The notes under the pieces: model-generated
The model's input: only the letters and a program-made list of their open reading frames with translations
What the model was told of the DNA's origin: nothing
The model's database searches: none
Assembly: GCA_001662655.1 (NCBI GenBank)
Contig: KV460221.1
Source of the DNA: Pseudogymnoascus verrucosus
Lineage: Eukaryota
DNA length: 64,000 nt
Strand: one strand, 5' to 3'
In this document: piece after piece, positions 1-12,979 of the stretch
Layout: each line of letters starts with the position of its first letter
How positions within the stretch are numbered: the first letter of the stretch is position 1
Program-made: the position numbers and the translations under genes

Positions 1-3000
1 GCCAGCTAAGTACGCATCGCTAGGAAGAACTGTCTCGCCACCTAAAATAAGTGTATTGAGCTTTGAGAGTGCTGCCCGGCTAACAATTCGTGCTACGGAG
101 GGGGTCATGTCTGCGTATGTAATGTTATATTTCTCTAGACAACGAGGTAAATTATTTCCGAGTTCACTTTGCATTGGGATGCAAAGTGTTCCGCCAGCGG
201 TGAGAGTGTGCAATATATTAGACCAGGCTACGTCGAAAGCATACGACGCAAGATCAAGCACGCGGGAAGTATTAGAGCACCCTAAGATCTTTTGTTGATA
301 GGTGATAGCGCTGCAGAAGTTTCTGTGGGTGATAAGAACACCCTTCGGCGTTCCAGTCGTGCCCGAGGTGAGAACGACGTAAAGAATACCCGACGGACTG
401 ACGGGCGGCAAACTAAAGGGCGCTGGGTGTGACTGATTGGCCCCGACGACTACCACCTCTTTAATACCAGCACTGATCTGGATAGCTAGAGATTCATTCA
501 TCCGCGATGATAGAATGACCGCCGAATTTACCTGCGCAGCTATGGCAGACAGTCTTTCCAGTGGCTGTTTAATGTCCATTGCCATACATGCGCCGCCGGC
601 TTTCATAACAGCGAGCGCCGCAACGGGCATGAACATCGATTTCTCGAAGAGAAGCGGGACTATGGTCCCCGATACCCCTTCTTCTGATAGGTGATAGGCT
701 AGGTTCGTCGATAGATCTTCTAGCTCCCTGTAAGTCAGGTTGCCGTCCCACGCGTTAACTGCTAGAGCAGACGGGTTCTCGCGAACTTTTTCCGAGACCA
801 AGTCGTGTATGCACGCCTCTATCGGTTTTGGTACCACCGCATTCCACGTCCATATACGGTTAAGGCTCCACTGATCATCATGAAGCCCCCTGAGCGTCTG
901 GTTGCCTTGGCTACCATCAGATAGCTGAATGATCGTATATTTGAAGCTTTGGGCAATATTCTCTATCTGCTGCTGTCCTATCACGCTCGAATCAAAGTCA
1001 ATACATAAATTGACCCCATCTAACTCCAACTGGAATTCGATAATGATAGAGTAAGTGCTAAAATCTCGACCCTGTGTTTTATTATAGTCACCAACAGGCT
1101 CGTCCAGGAATGGCCTGCCAGGATCACCTTCGCCTTCGCCTTGGTCGGCTGGCTGAATTACAAGGAGAGTCTGAAAGTTAGAACCCAAAGCAGTTTCATC
1201 GTTGAATTGTGCGATATTCTGTAAGCCGGTTTGCTCAAACGCAATCATATCCACTGCCTGACACTGCACCGAGCCAAGTAGTTGGTTTATGGTTGCGTCT
1301 CGGTCCAGTACGACTCTTATTGGGACAGTGGCAATCGTTGGCCCTGCCATAAGCTCGATGCCAGGTACAGGTGCCTGGCGGCCTGTAACAGTCGCACCAA
1401 AAAGTGCCTCATCTCCGCCAGCGCCATTTGCAGCAATCACAGACCATGCGGCTCGGATTAGCGTCGCAGGTGTGAAGTCACTGTGTCCCCAGTCAAGACC
1501 AGGGATTCTCAAACTAATCTGGCGCTCCAATCGCGGATGATGGACTGCTTTTGGAGGAGGAAAGTGCGAGCCTTGTGTACCTGCAAACATTTTTTGCCAG
1601 AAAATCTTCGCAACTGCTTTGTCCTGTTCTAAGATATATTTTATAAACGCCGTCATTGGCTGCAGACCTTGACTGGGTTTATTGAAGTAGGCAAGTTCAG
1701 CCTCTCTCATCAGAAGTGGCATGGAGAATCCATCATACAAGGAGTGATGAATCTCCCATATGAATTGGCTCGGCCTGCCTGCAGCTTTTTCTATTATAGC
1801 GAATTTCGTCAGGGGAGTACCTAGACCTATAGTGGGTCCATTGCTTGTCTGATCCCCCTGAATACTATCGAGCTCAGTGCTAATTGTCCACGATACTCCC
1901 TCGTCTATGACAACCTGGACGACGCCGGTGCCTGGAAGGCTGACAATTCGCGTTCGTAGGATTGCGTTTGCAGCTACAACCCGATCCCAGGCCCCGCAAA
2001 GAGTCTTGGTGTCTATGTCTTGCCCGACTTCAAATACATAATTCGCCACATATGTCCCAGGCTGCTGAGCTGTAAGAGCCAGAAGTCCTTGTTGCAATGG
2101 CGTACAGGGCATGATATCAAGCACCTGAGACGCCTGGATATGGCAAAGCCAGGCAGCATGAGAGCATACTTGTTCTCGATCATCGGATGAACGCAAACCC
2201 AGCAATGAAAAAGGGGTGATCGCAGGTTTGTAAGAGTCAGCATGGCTGAGCTCGGTCCTGTCTTGGGTTGTGCGGACGGATCCGATCGGATCTTGGTGAA
2301 TCTCGACATGGTTTCCATAAATCTCGACCTGCTCCTTGGCATGGACAAAGGTTGGTGGCTCATCTTGTTTGTGCGGCAGACAGCCTCCGTTGTTGTCACG
2401 TTCTAACCCCTGATTTAGTTGTGGTTTCACGGTCAACACCGCATCAGGTCCCTCTTCGATGTAAGTTTCGCCTTTCTTTTTCTCGTGATCATTTGTTGAA
2501 TACCCATTTCTCGTGCTTTCATATGGTGTATACCCGTCTTCTGTGTGGACAAATTCCGTGTGACCATTTTCTGTGTATCCGTTTTCCGTGTGACCGTTTT
2601 GTGTGTATCCGTTTTCCGTGTGACCGTTTTCCGTGTTACCATTTTCTGTGTATTGATTTTCCGTGTAACTTTTTGAGGTGTGTACATTTACCGTGTGTAC
2701 ATTTACTGTGTCTCCATCATCCGTTCCTAAAAAAGAGCCAGAACCGTCAGTAATGAAGATGACATCAGATTAGGTGATGAAGGTTGTGAAAGAAACTGCC
2801 CTTACCAAACTGATGCTTCAGGGTTGCGTCTGACGGTGGAACCACATCGGCAACATGTCTCGGCCGGACCAAATGCGAAATCTTCGCATATTCCGGCGTT
2901 GTCCGCCCAACGTCCGGGGAAAGGAGTACAGAGTCTGCTTGCAATGCGATGATGGAACTTTCTATGTTGTCTCTAAGTCCGCTCAGAGAAGGAATGCAGA

Positions 3001-3757
3001 GACATCCACCGCACGTCAGTACGAGCAAACTATACCACCCTACCCGGCTGGCGTGCGACTCCAAGTCAACGACTCGGGAATTGTGGTTGAGTCCAAGGGT
3101 TTCTTGCTGGTAAGTGATTGTGCTGCTGAACTCTCGGTGGGTGACAACCACTCCAGCACTTCCGTCGGGGCTTAAGAACACGCAGAGGTCGTCCGAGGGA
3201 CTCACTGTCGGTAGTGAGCGAGCTATTATCGTCTCTTCGGAGAGCATCTTCCTATCCACCACCACCACCTCAGCCATTCCGAGCTCCCTTGCCAGCTCCT
3301 CGTTTGCTGATGATGAGAGTATGAAGGAAGGGGAAATCTGGGCTGTGATGGCTCGAAGCCGCTCCCGTGGTTGGCTTATATCCAAGGCGATTGAGGCAGC
3401 CCCGGCCTTCATTAAGGCCACAATGACCACTGGCGTCAGCCATGTTTTCTCAAAACATAAAGCAATATTTGTCCGTGGCTTCACGCCCACGCCGATCAGT
3501 TGGTGAGCCAACTTTGTGGATACCTGGTCGAGTTGTTGGTATGTCAAGTCGCCATCCCATGAGCGGATGGCTGGAGAGGAGGAGAATTCCCAAACAACCC
3601 GCTTGATCAGGCTGTGTACGCATGCTTCAATGGGCTCTGGTACAGCTAAATTTGCAGCCCAGATGTCATCAAAGGCAAGCTTTTTGTGTATCTCCGCCCT
3701 CTTTGGTTTTTGGTCGACTTCCTGCACGCCATTACCATAGAGGGGTTGATATCTCAT
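1..3757 (-). CDS. Non-ribosomal peptide synthetase, 5' part (degenerate A fragment - pentapeptide repeat linker - C domain - A domain; continues beyond window edge)
   Basis: Probable ATG at 3757 (MRYQPLY) and intron 2805-2727 (GTAAGG...CTGAC...TTAG). Exon 2 reads open to base 1. C-domain motifs: PCTPLQQGLL, WDRVVAANAILRTRIV, IHHSLYDG (~1730-1750). A-domain motifs: WDGNLTYRELE, YVVLTSGTTGTPKGV, SYAFDV, LILGGE. Confidence 0.93.
2530..2709 (-). repeat. 15-bp tandem coding repeat (about 12 units), peptide consensus T-E-N-G-[H/Y]
   Basis: Plus-strand units like ccgtgtgaccgtttt. In the NRPS frame it reads TVNVH TVNVH TSKSY TENQY TENGN TENGH TENGY TQNGH TENGY TENGH TEFVH TEDGY. Confidence 0.9.
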
Positions 3758-4397
3758 ACTGCCTACTTCTTTCACAGCAGTTTCTTGTTTCTTGTAAATA
3801 GTTTTATAATGAATAACCAGGAGACATTCGTATAGGGAACACACGGAGAGCCCGGCACCAGCAATGGAAGATTTACCACGATATATCACTTGTTTGGGGT
3901 CTCATGCTTCATGCTATAACTTATGACAAATATAACCTAATAAACGCTCTCAATGACTGCATAGTCCATTTTCATCTGTACAACAGCTCTCTTTACACTG
4001 CTTTATGCGCTCTTGACGTGATCTCTTTACGTGATTGAAGAAACGGGATGCAGCTGGTTGTGGAAATATTGGCGGATCACACGCTTCATACTCACACAGA
4101 TCGAGGCCCTGTTGTACAATATGAACGGACCTCATCTCTCTCGGGAGAAATATTAACATTGTAAAGTAATTGTCCCACATCAAAACATGCCGTGGCTGTC
4201 GAAAAATATGATCTATTGCACATTTAACTACACATCGCCTGAGGCTCGTCTAACGATCCCCTCGGTATATTTTAGTTCGCGTATCATTTGGTTTTTGCAC
4301 GCATTTGATCTAGTTACGATCACCTTCGTTCTACCTGCCGTTGTAGGTTTAACTTGGAAGAGTGGCATGCTTCCCATTCACCATCATGATCTCCATT

Positions 4398-7300
4398 ATG
4401 CCGGCTTCTAGAACGCCTTGTTCAATCGCCGTCGAGGACACTTTCGGCCCAATAGTGGCTGGCCCCTGCCTTGGGGGCTTTGACTTCACGCTCCTCTTCG
4501 AGGAGGCTATCTTGACCATCCTCCCGCTGGGGATTGCTAGTTAGTTGTCGCTGCCAAAAGCAGCTATGACCGTTGTTTGCTGACTTGTCTGTTAGGTATA
4601 TGGGCTCTGCTTCGAATTCGGGTTCTACGCCACCAGACATCAAAGGTTCGGTCATTATGGCTTCTCCCACTAAAAATGGTACGATTCTCTATATTACTTT
4701 GGTTTTCACAATATTGAAGCATGCTTTGCAATGTCTTTGGCTGACAACAAAGAATAGATTTTATTTGCTACATACGTCTTTATCCAAGCTGTGGTATTGG
4801 CAGTGACGACTATAGATGGGATTCCAACGACTCGCCTCACCCTTTGGTGCCATGCGTCAACAATAGTCGTCTATGGAATTTTGTTGTCCGTATCATATCT
4901 AGAGCATACGCGCTCAGTGCGTCCATCGACACTGCTGTCTGTTTATCTCGGAACATCAATCCTACTTGACGCTGCGCGTGTCCGCACACTGTTCTTTATC
5001 TCAGGAAATGAAGTCGTTGCACGCCTCTTCCTCGCCGGGTTTTCTGTCAAGATTCTGATCTTTGTTCTGGAAGTCTCTGAGAAACGTCGCTTTCTCAGGT
5101 CTAAGTGGCAGGATGCATCCCCGGAAGAAACAAGTGGAGCCATCAACAGGGCTCTCTTTATTTGGTTGAATCATTTATTTCTCCAGGGCTTCCGAACACT
5201 ACTGACAGTGGATGTGCTTACCCCACTTGATAGTGACCTACTTGAAGCATCTAAGCCATCGGCACTTGTCAAACGCTGGGAAGAAGGTAAGCCGTCTTCC
5301 ACGTCTTTCAGTTACCTCACCACTTACCTATTTCGACAGTCGACAAATCAAGCGACAACGCTCTTCTGTGGACATTTTTGGCCCATTACAAATGGAGCCT
5401 TGGGGCTGGTATTATTCCACGACTTGCTTACAGTGGCTTTAGCTTCTCACAGCCGTTTCTTGTTCAGCGAGTTCTCGACTTTACTGCAGAAACTAGAGGT
5501 CCTAATTCGCAGAATATCGCCTATGCCCTCGTTGCGGCCTATGCAATCGTATATATTGGGATCTCTGTCAGTCACTACTCTGTGTACCATACATACTAAG
5601 CTAACTCTGGTATTTCTAGTTGTCGTTTTCAGTCTACCAGCACAAGACATACCGACTTCTCACTCTGTTCCGTGGGAGTATTATTGCTCTCGTATTTGAC
5701 AAGACTCTTCGCGTCAACTCGTCAGCCGCCGAAAATGCAGAGGCGATCACATTAATGAGTGCAGACATTGATCGCATTGGATCCAGCATGACTCTGGTCC
5801 ATGAAGTTTATGCATCCTTTATTGACGGCGCCCTTGCAATCTTCCTATTATACAAGCTTCTTGGGGTGGCTGTAGTCCCCCCACTCGTGTGGATAATTGG
5901 TATAACAATGCTTTCTTTTATTATTATCTATTATGTTCTCTATAGCATCTCAATTCACTAATCGGCCCTCAGTTTGTTTATTGATAGGACTTCCCCTTGC
6001 AAAGGCAGCTGGCAATGCTCAAATCCCATGGCTAGAAGCGATAGAAGATCGCCTGGCAGCGACTGCGAAAGTGCTTGGCGCGATGAAGGCTATAAAATTG
6101 ACGGGATTGACGGACATCGTATCATCTCGAGTCGGAAACCTTAGATTGGCTGAGATTCACGCATCTCTCCGGCATCGTGTCTTGGTCATTTTTTCAGCAG
6201 TCGTATGTAAGTATTTCTGAGTATCCAGCAAGAAAATGAACATAATAATCTAGCCATAGGATATTACTAATACCTGGACACTAGCTTTTGCATCTACCGC
6301 TTTGGCTCCAGTGTTGGGTTTTGCCACATACATCCTCCTTGACAAAACGAATGACTCATTGGGATTGACAGAAGGAATCGCGTTTGCCGCACTGAGCGCC
6401 TTCGAATTGCTGGATGGGCCAATGGTAGTCGTTATTGATGGCTTTGAGCACATCCAAACTGTTATCAACTCATTCCGTCGTGTTCAAGAATACCTACTAA
6501 CAGAAGAACGAGCTGATTACAGGACTTCCCTGGAAGACGTACGGCCATCTTCGAGATCAAGGATTTCACGCTATCAAAGATATGATGAGAATATAACCGC
6601 TGAGGGTTCCCCAAGATCTAATTTGGTAGGCCTAGAATTGGAGGTCATTGTTGAAGATGCATCGGCTAGCTACATTGCAGAAGATGACCCTGTTTTGCAG
6701 AACTTGTCATTTGAAATCCCCCGAGGCCAGATCACCATGATATTTGGTCCCGTCGGTTCTGGAAAGTCGACATTGCTCAAGCTGCTGCTTGGAGAAATGC
6801 CATATGCCACGGGCTCAGTTGCAACCGGGTTTACCAGAGCAGCGTACTGCCCTCAATCGCCATGGTCTACCTGGGGCACCGTCCGAAGCAATATAGTGGG
6901 CATGTCGGTGTGGGATGAAAAGTGGTATAACACTGTTGTGTCTGCCTGCGCACTCTTGGAAGATTTTTCGGAGCTGGCAAATGGAGACCAAACTGCAACC
7001 GGTGCACAAGGGTCCGGGCTTAGTGGTGGACAGAAAATGCGATTGGTGAGTATTCATAACTTGTGCAGCAAGCTTCTCAACTAAGAGTGCATAGTCTTTT
7101 GCTCGTGCGCTTTATTCAAAAAATCCTGTTATGATACTGGACGATGTGCTTACAGGACTGGATCGCGCCACTGAGAGGCATATTACAGACGCCGTGTTTG
7201 GACCAAATGGCCTTCTGGAGAAATTAAACTCGACAGTTATTCTAGCCACAAATTCAGGTATCCCTTCCACTTTAACACTAATGTACAACATATTGACTTA

Positions 7301-9511
7301 TGAAAGCACACCATTTGAGCTTTGCCAACCACTTCATATTCCTCGATGACGGCGAAATTGTTCGAAAGGGCCCTGTTGATACCTTGTCAGTGGATGGTGG
7401 AGTTGTCCTCGAAAAAGTTATGAGCCAACCTGCTGCAACAACGCCTCGTCCAGAGCCAGAAATTCCAGATGAGGCTCAAGATGCCCTGAAGGAACTCGAG
7501 CTTCTCAGAGCAGGTCATGACACCGGAGATATTCAGATTTATACGTATTACGCAGACATCGCAGGATGGTGGACTATTGCAGCCTATCTCTTGGGCTGTG
7601 TCACGTTCGTATTCGGCATGACCTTCCCTTGTATGTTGCGAAAGGATTCAGAACAAAGAAGCCAATTTGCTAATACGCCTTAGCTGTCTGGTTGCAATGG
7701 TGGGTTAACGCCAACGCGGACCACCCGAACGAACGTGTTGGGTATTGGCTTGGTGTGTTTGGCGCCCTCGCGGTTGTTACAATTCTTGGTTGCGCTCTAG
7801 CGGATACGTCAGTAATCCATATCTCTCATATTCACATCACTGTGATGCTGACATTATCGGAGGATGTTTAACATGGTAGTACTGCCAAAGACGGGAATAA
7901 GGTTCCATGAGCTCTTGTTGAGTACAACTATGCAGTGCGCGCAGCCCATTTGATTTGTGGGGTTTCTTGAATTGACAATTCATAGGGCCCGAACATCTTT
8001 TCTCACATCAACCGATGCCGGAACCACGCTAAATAGGTTTGTGTGTTGAGTTCTGTTTTTGACATTGGGCTAATATTGAAACGAAAAAGGTTTAGTCAAG
8101 ACCTAGAATTGATCGATAGCGATCTTCCCCAATCCATTGATGAAACCGTTTCTCAATTTTTATCGGTTATCGTTTCTGCAGTCTTCGTATTTATTGGTTC
8201 AGGTTACGTTATAGCAGTTCTCCCGCTCTGCATCGTAGCGCTCGGTTTGATACAGGTTTATTATCTACGAACTTCGAGGCAACTACGGCTGCTAGATATT
8301 GAGGAAAAAGCACCTCTTTTCTCCCAGTTCTTAGAAACCGTGAACGGCGTGGCTTGCATTCGGGCGTACGGGTGGTCTGAGGAATATACGGAGCAGAACT
8401 ACAAAAATCTAAACAGATCGCAGAAGCCATACTATCTGTTGTGGTGCATCCAAAGATGGCTGACTCTGGTTTTGGACCTTTTAAATGCGGGCGTTGCCAC
8501 CCTAGTTGTTGCACTGGCCACCAATCTTGAGGGTGGGTCGACTGGATTCCTGGGGGTTGCGCTCTTCAATATCGTGATCTTCAGCTCGACACTTCAGGGT
8601 CTGGTAACCGCGTGGACTCAGGTTGAGACAGCGCTTGGGGCAATAAACAGAATCCGGTCGTTTATTTTGAATGTCGAGAATGAGAACCAAGAAGACGAGG
8701 TGGGCACCGTGCCGGAAGACTGGCCAGAACGAGGTGGCATTGTGTTCAAGGATATTTCGGCCTCGTACGAGGTCTCGCTTGGACCAGTTTTGAAAGAAAT
8801 CAGCTTCTCAATTCAACCTGGTGAGAAGATAGCTATATGTGGGCGAACAGGAAGGTGAGTGTCTGATATAGTCAACAGTCGAAGAGTTTATACTCAAGAA
8901 GAATTAGCGGCAAGTCGTCTCTCATCTCTACTATACTTCGTATGTTGGAGATTGACTCTGGTTCCATTACCATTGACGATGTCGACATCAGCAAGATTCC
9001 GCGACAAGAAGTGCGAAGCCGGTTGAATACAATATCGCAGGAAACTTTCTTCCTACACGCTAGCGTGCGCGAAAATATCGACCCCCTTGAAACTGCTAGC
9101 GATGAACGTATTATTGAGGTGCTTCGCGCCGTAAGTATGTGGGACTACTTTGAGTCACGCGATGGACTTGATGGCGATGTGGAAGAGGAGAAATTGTCCC
9201 ATGGACAACGACAGCTATTTTGTCTCGCTCGTGCTATTATCAAGCCAGGGCAGATCCTTATTATCGACGAGGCAACAAGCAGCATGGATTCCGAAACAGA
9301 CGAACTCATACAACGGGCACTACGTAACGAGTTTGAGGGTCGCACTATAATTGCTATTGCACACAAGTTGCATACCGTGCTTGACTTCGATCGGATCATG
9401 TTGCTTGAGAAAGGTCGGATTGTTGAAACTGGAAACCCACAGGAGCTTCTCGAAACAGCGACATCAGCTTTCCGCGCCCTTTACGAGAGTCTTGGTGAAG
9501 ATGTGCAATAG
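4398..9511 (+). CDS. ABC transporter, ABCC/MRP type (multi-exon)
   Basis: N-terminal EDTFGP...[12 protein letters not shown] motif typical of fungal ABCC. NBD1 has GPVGSGKS and LSGGQ. TMD2 has [10 protein letters not shown] and [16 protein letters not shown]2 has GRTG/GKSS split by an intron, LSHGQRQL and IIDEATSS. Confidence 0.95.
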
Positions 9512-9661
9512 ACCAAAGCATAAGTAGGGTCAATAGAATTACATGCCTCTTTGCACCCTAAAAATAATAACTATGGCGCATCACTAGTCTTATGTTCCTA
9601 TACTTCCACTATGCCGTCCATTGTGTCTATTTCGTCTGTTCCAAGGGGCCTTTGTTGTTTG

Positions 9662-11430
9662 CTACATTATCAAAGAAGCTGTAAGCATGATAAGGCCCCC
9701 TAGCCCATCCATTCCCGAGCACCACTCCTCCCAATTTGCAGTGCTTCTCAACGGAGCACCCGAGAGCCCATTTGGCAGCGCCTTATCACTACAATATATC
9801 TGACCCTCGTCTATTTTCACAAGCTCACCGCTTGTAGCCAATCCAAAGTCAGTCTCAGTCCAAGAGCCCCTCTCACTTTCCATCTTCCACATATATTCAT
9901 CGCCCGCTTCCCACAGATGTTTCTTCGCCGGCAGTGGTGCCAAAATAAGGTCTTTTTGCAAATTGCATAATTTTGCTGGCTCGAAATATATAAGCGTGTT
10001 CACAACTTGGTATACTACGCACAATCTTCGATTTAGTTAGTAACCATACACTCTGTCCATTATAATAGAGTAGATAGGAGTCCAACCTCCGTCTTGATTC
10101 CTCAAAAAGCCAATCTTCCCATATTATTTCGGAGCCGGCGCCGCGGAGAGCCTGTCGCGTGTCGATTGTAATATCACTATGAGTCAATCGTTTAGATAGT
10201 ACCTACATTATGTCATTACAAAATTTAGGTGGGAAGAAGGAGTGTGATATAAACCTACAGTCACAGTTGAGAGTAGTAAAGAATCAACGTTATTGTGTTC
10301 TGTTTCACCTTCGTCCAACCTTGTGAGAATATAAATGAAAAGGGCTTGCATACCAGCAAGCAGTTCCCATTTATTTAGCTTTAGGCTCTAATATTATTAG
10401 CTCCGTATGGCCCCCCTTTTAGGAGCATGGGAACTCTATTAACGTACCTCTTCACATAGTCGCTCGCATTCCATCTGCACGTTTTTCCAGAATAACTTTC
10501 GACCGCCTCTAACCCCACTACTAATCATGTGCATCAAGCAGATACAGTTGGTAAGTGGCTCCATGTTATCATTCTCGGTTTCGGAAGATATCAGACGCGG
10601 ATGGATAAAGGGCGGAAGGGACCCATGGCGCATCATCATCAGAGGGTAAGATTTCAGGGTGTGGAGGATGAGATTTGCTGTTCTTTGCGCTCCAGTTGAC
10701 ACTTTTGGTCGCCGGATAATCGATCGAATGGTCGTACTTGGCTGTTTTGGGATTGACATATAAGAAGAAAGGGTGGATTGTGGGATGTGGAGGGCTTGAC
10801 TAGATGAAGGTATCCAGTGGTGAACTGAAGGCGACGACCCTGACGGAGGATAATGAATGGTTCCAACATTCAACGGCGGATCCAAAAAGTCGGTGAAATT
10901 CATTTGCGGGTTATCCCAATCAAGATAGTCCCCTCCAATGTCTGCGAGTGCTGGATCTAATATGACAGGAGCGCTGTCGAGAATTATATCGCCATCATTG
11001 CTTGCTTCTTGACTATTTTCGGCACTAGGAGAACCGGCCACCAATGAATGCACCGTCGTCCGTCGTGCAATTGGTTCATTATCGCCATGCCGGATCTTTT
11101 GCCCCGTACTTCTAGGTGTGCTTGCTGGATATTGGCATTGGACGGCTTTGGCTATGCACCTCGAGCACCCAGGCCGTTTAGTATCACAACGTGCCTTCCC
11201 TCGCGCACAGGAAATACAAGATCTGGCCCGCGTAGTAGGAACCGCCGCTCTCCGAGACCGACAGTAATACCCATGTCTCTTTAGCGTAGACGCTGTCAGG
11301 CTGTCAGCACATACAGTTATGGAAACTTGGCGTCACATAGTAATATCCGGTGGAAGTACAACTCACGCTTATCAAAGGGTTTATTGCACTCCCCGCACCT
11401 CAGAACGGATAATGCATTTTCGTCGGACAT
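9662..11430 (-). CDS. Zn2Cys6 transcription factor with an N-terminal C2HC-type zinc finger
   Basis: Manual splice gives MSDENALSVLRCGECNKPFDK/PSTLKRHGYYCRSRR...RSCISCARGKARCDTKRPGCSRCIAKAVQCQYP. Downstream exons carry PPFIHP, WLFEESRRRL and LAPLPAKKHLWEA. Confidence 0.88.
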
Positions 11431-11905
11431 TTCGAATTAGATCAAAGTAAATAAATTATAGGAATTGTGCAGTGGATGCCTATAATTATTGAATTTGCTG
11501 CGGTTGCAATCATTTGTCAGCACCAACGTCACCATTGAGAGTAGTGTCGGGCGGAACATTTTGTAAATGCGAAAACATCCCCCCACACTCTATATCTCGA
11601 TTCGGAACAGTCCGTTGAGCGGACCATTTTGAAAACGCTAGGAATGCTGCAATTTCAAAAATACAGATCCCTCTTCCTCTGGGGGCATTGGATTCGGGCG
11701 TCCAGCATGAGAAGTCTCTTCCAAACTGAACACAGGTATTTGCAATCATGATGATCAATCATGATAGCTTCACAAATTGCACAGTCCTGTCGCTGAGTTG
11801 GAATTGTAAGCTCAACATTATATAAAGATTGGTATTTTCCACCCAAAATCATGTATCTCCTCAAACAATCATATTTTCTCAATAATCCATACATCTTCAA
11901 TCAAC

Positions 11906-12851
11906 ATGGCGGCTCCTTTCCCATCCCCAACCTCAATGTGGCACACAAACACGTACCACACTTTGTCACCTACCCGGCCCGAACTTTCTGCCCAAGGCAA
12001 AAACGTTCTGGTAACAGGAGGTGGTAGTGGCATCGGCGCAGAGACCGCTCGCTACTTCGCCGAAGCAGGCGCGTCTCGAATCGCACTCCTTGGCCGCCGG
12101 GAACAGGCTCTTCTCGACACCAAGGCGTCCATCGAGCACAAGTTTCCAAACGTCGAGGTTTTCGTGGCAGCCACTGACATCACAAATAAGAGCGAAGTGG
12201 ACGAAGCTTTTAAGAAGTTTGTTGGCGACCAAAAAATACACGTTCTAGTTAACAGCGCCGCAATTGTTGGGCCCCGTGAGTCCGTGCAAGAAGCGGATGG
12301 TGACAAGTTTCTGGACGCTGTCCAGGTACACCTCAAAGGAGCATTGTTCATTGCGCAGGCATTCCTTCGACACTCTTCGACGGATGCTGTCGCCATCGAA
12401 ATTAATTCGTCTGCCGCGCTTGTAAATTTCAGTCCTGCCTTCGTTTCATATAGCGTCGCCAAGCTGGCAGTGTTTCGACTTTGGGATTCTCTAGCCTTTG
12501 CAAATCCAGCGTTGAGCGTTTTCCATGTCCAACCAGGCATAGTAGACACTGCTATGAATAGGGAAACTGGAGGTGTTGATGCTGTTGGATTTGAAGATCA
12601 TGGTAAGTAAAATCAGTTCCCAAATGTAATATTATGAGGCTAACTTTGACTTAGTGTCTCTTCCAGGGAGCTTCAACCTTTGGCTCGCAAGCCCCGAAGC
12701 ACGCTTCCTGAAGGGAAAGTTCCTGTGGGCAAACTGGGATGTTGATGAACTGAAGGCCCGAGCCAAAGAGATTCAATCCAGCGCGCAACTTAGTATTGGG
12801 CTGGCTGGGTGGCCGTTTGGGGATCCCAATTGGAAAGCCACTTGGAATTAA
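11906..12851 (+). CDS. Short-chain dehydrogenase/reductase
   Basis: TGGGSGIG Rossmann motif and YSVAK catalytic motif. One intron at ~12603-12654. C-terminal FLKGKFLWANWDVDEL. Confidence 0.93.
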
Positions 12852-12979
12852 TTCTCTAGCTACGTCAGGTATACGTGTAAATACTCTGAATTCAGAAATT
12901 AACTTTGTCAATGAAACATATTGATCGGATTACCTTTTAGATTGATATTGTAAAAAATAAATTATCCACAACACACGTG

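Noticed and set aside
2268..2753. Plus-strand Cys-rich ORF (FPCDRF repeats) and minus-strand VTRKT ORF resembling RiPP or metallothionein precursors
   Set aside because: These are alternative frames of the NRPS 15-bp repeat; the NRPS frame is supported by splice sites and continuity into the C domain.
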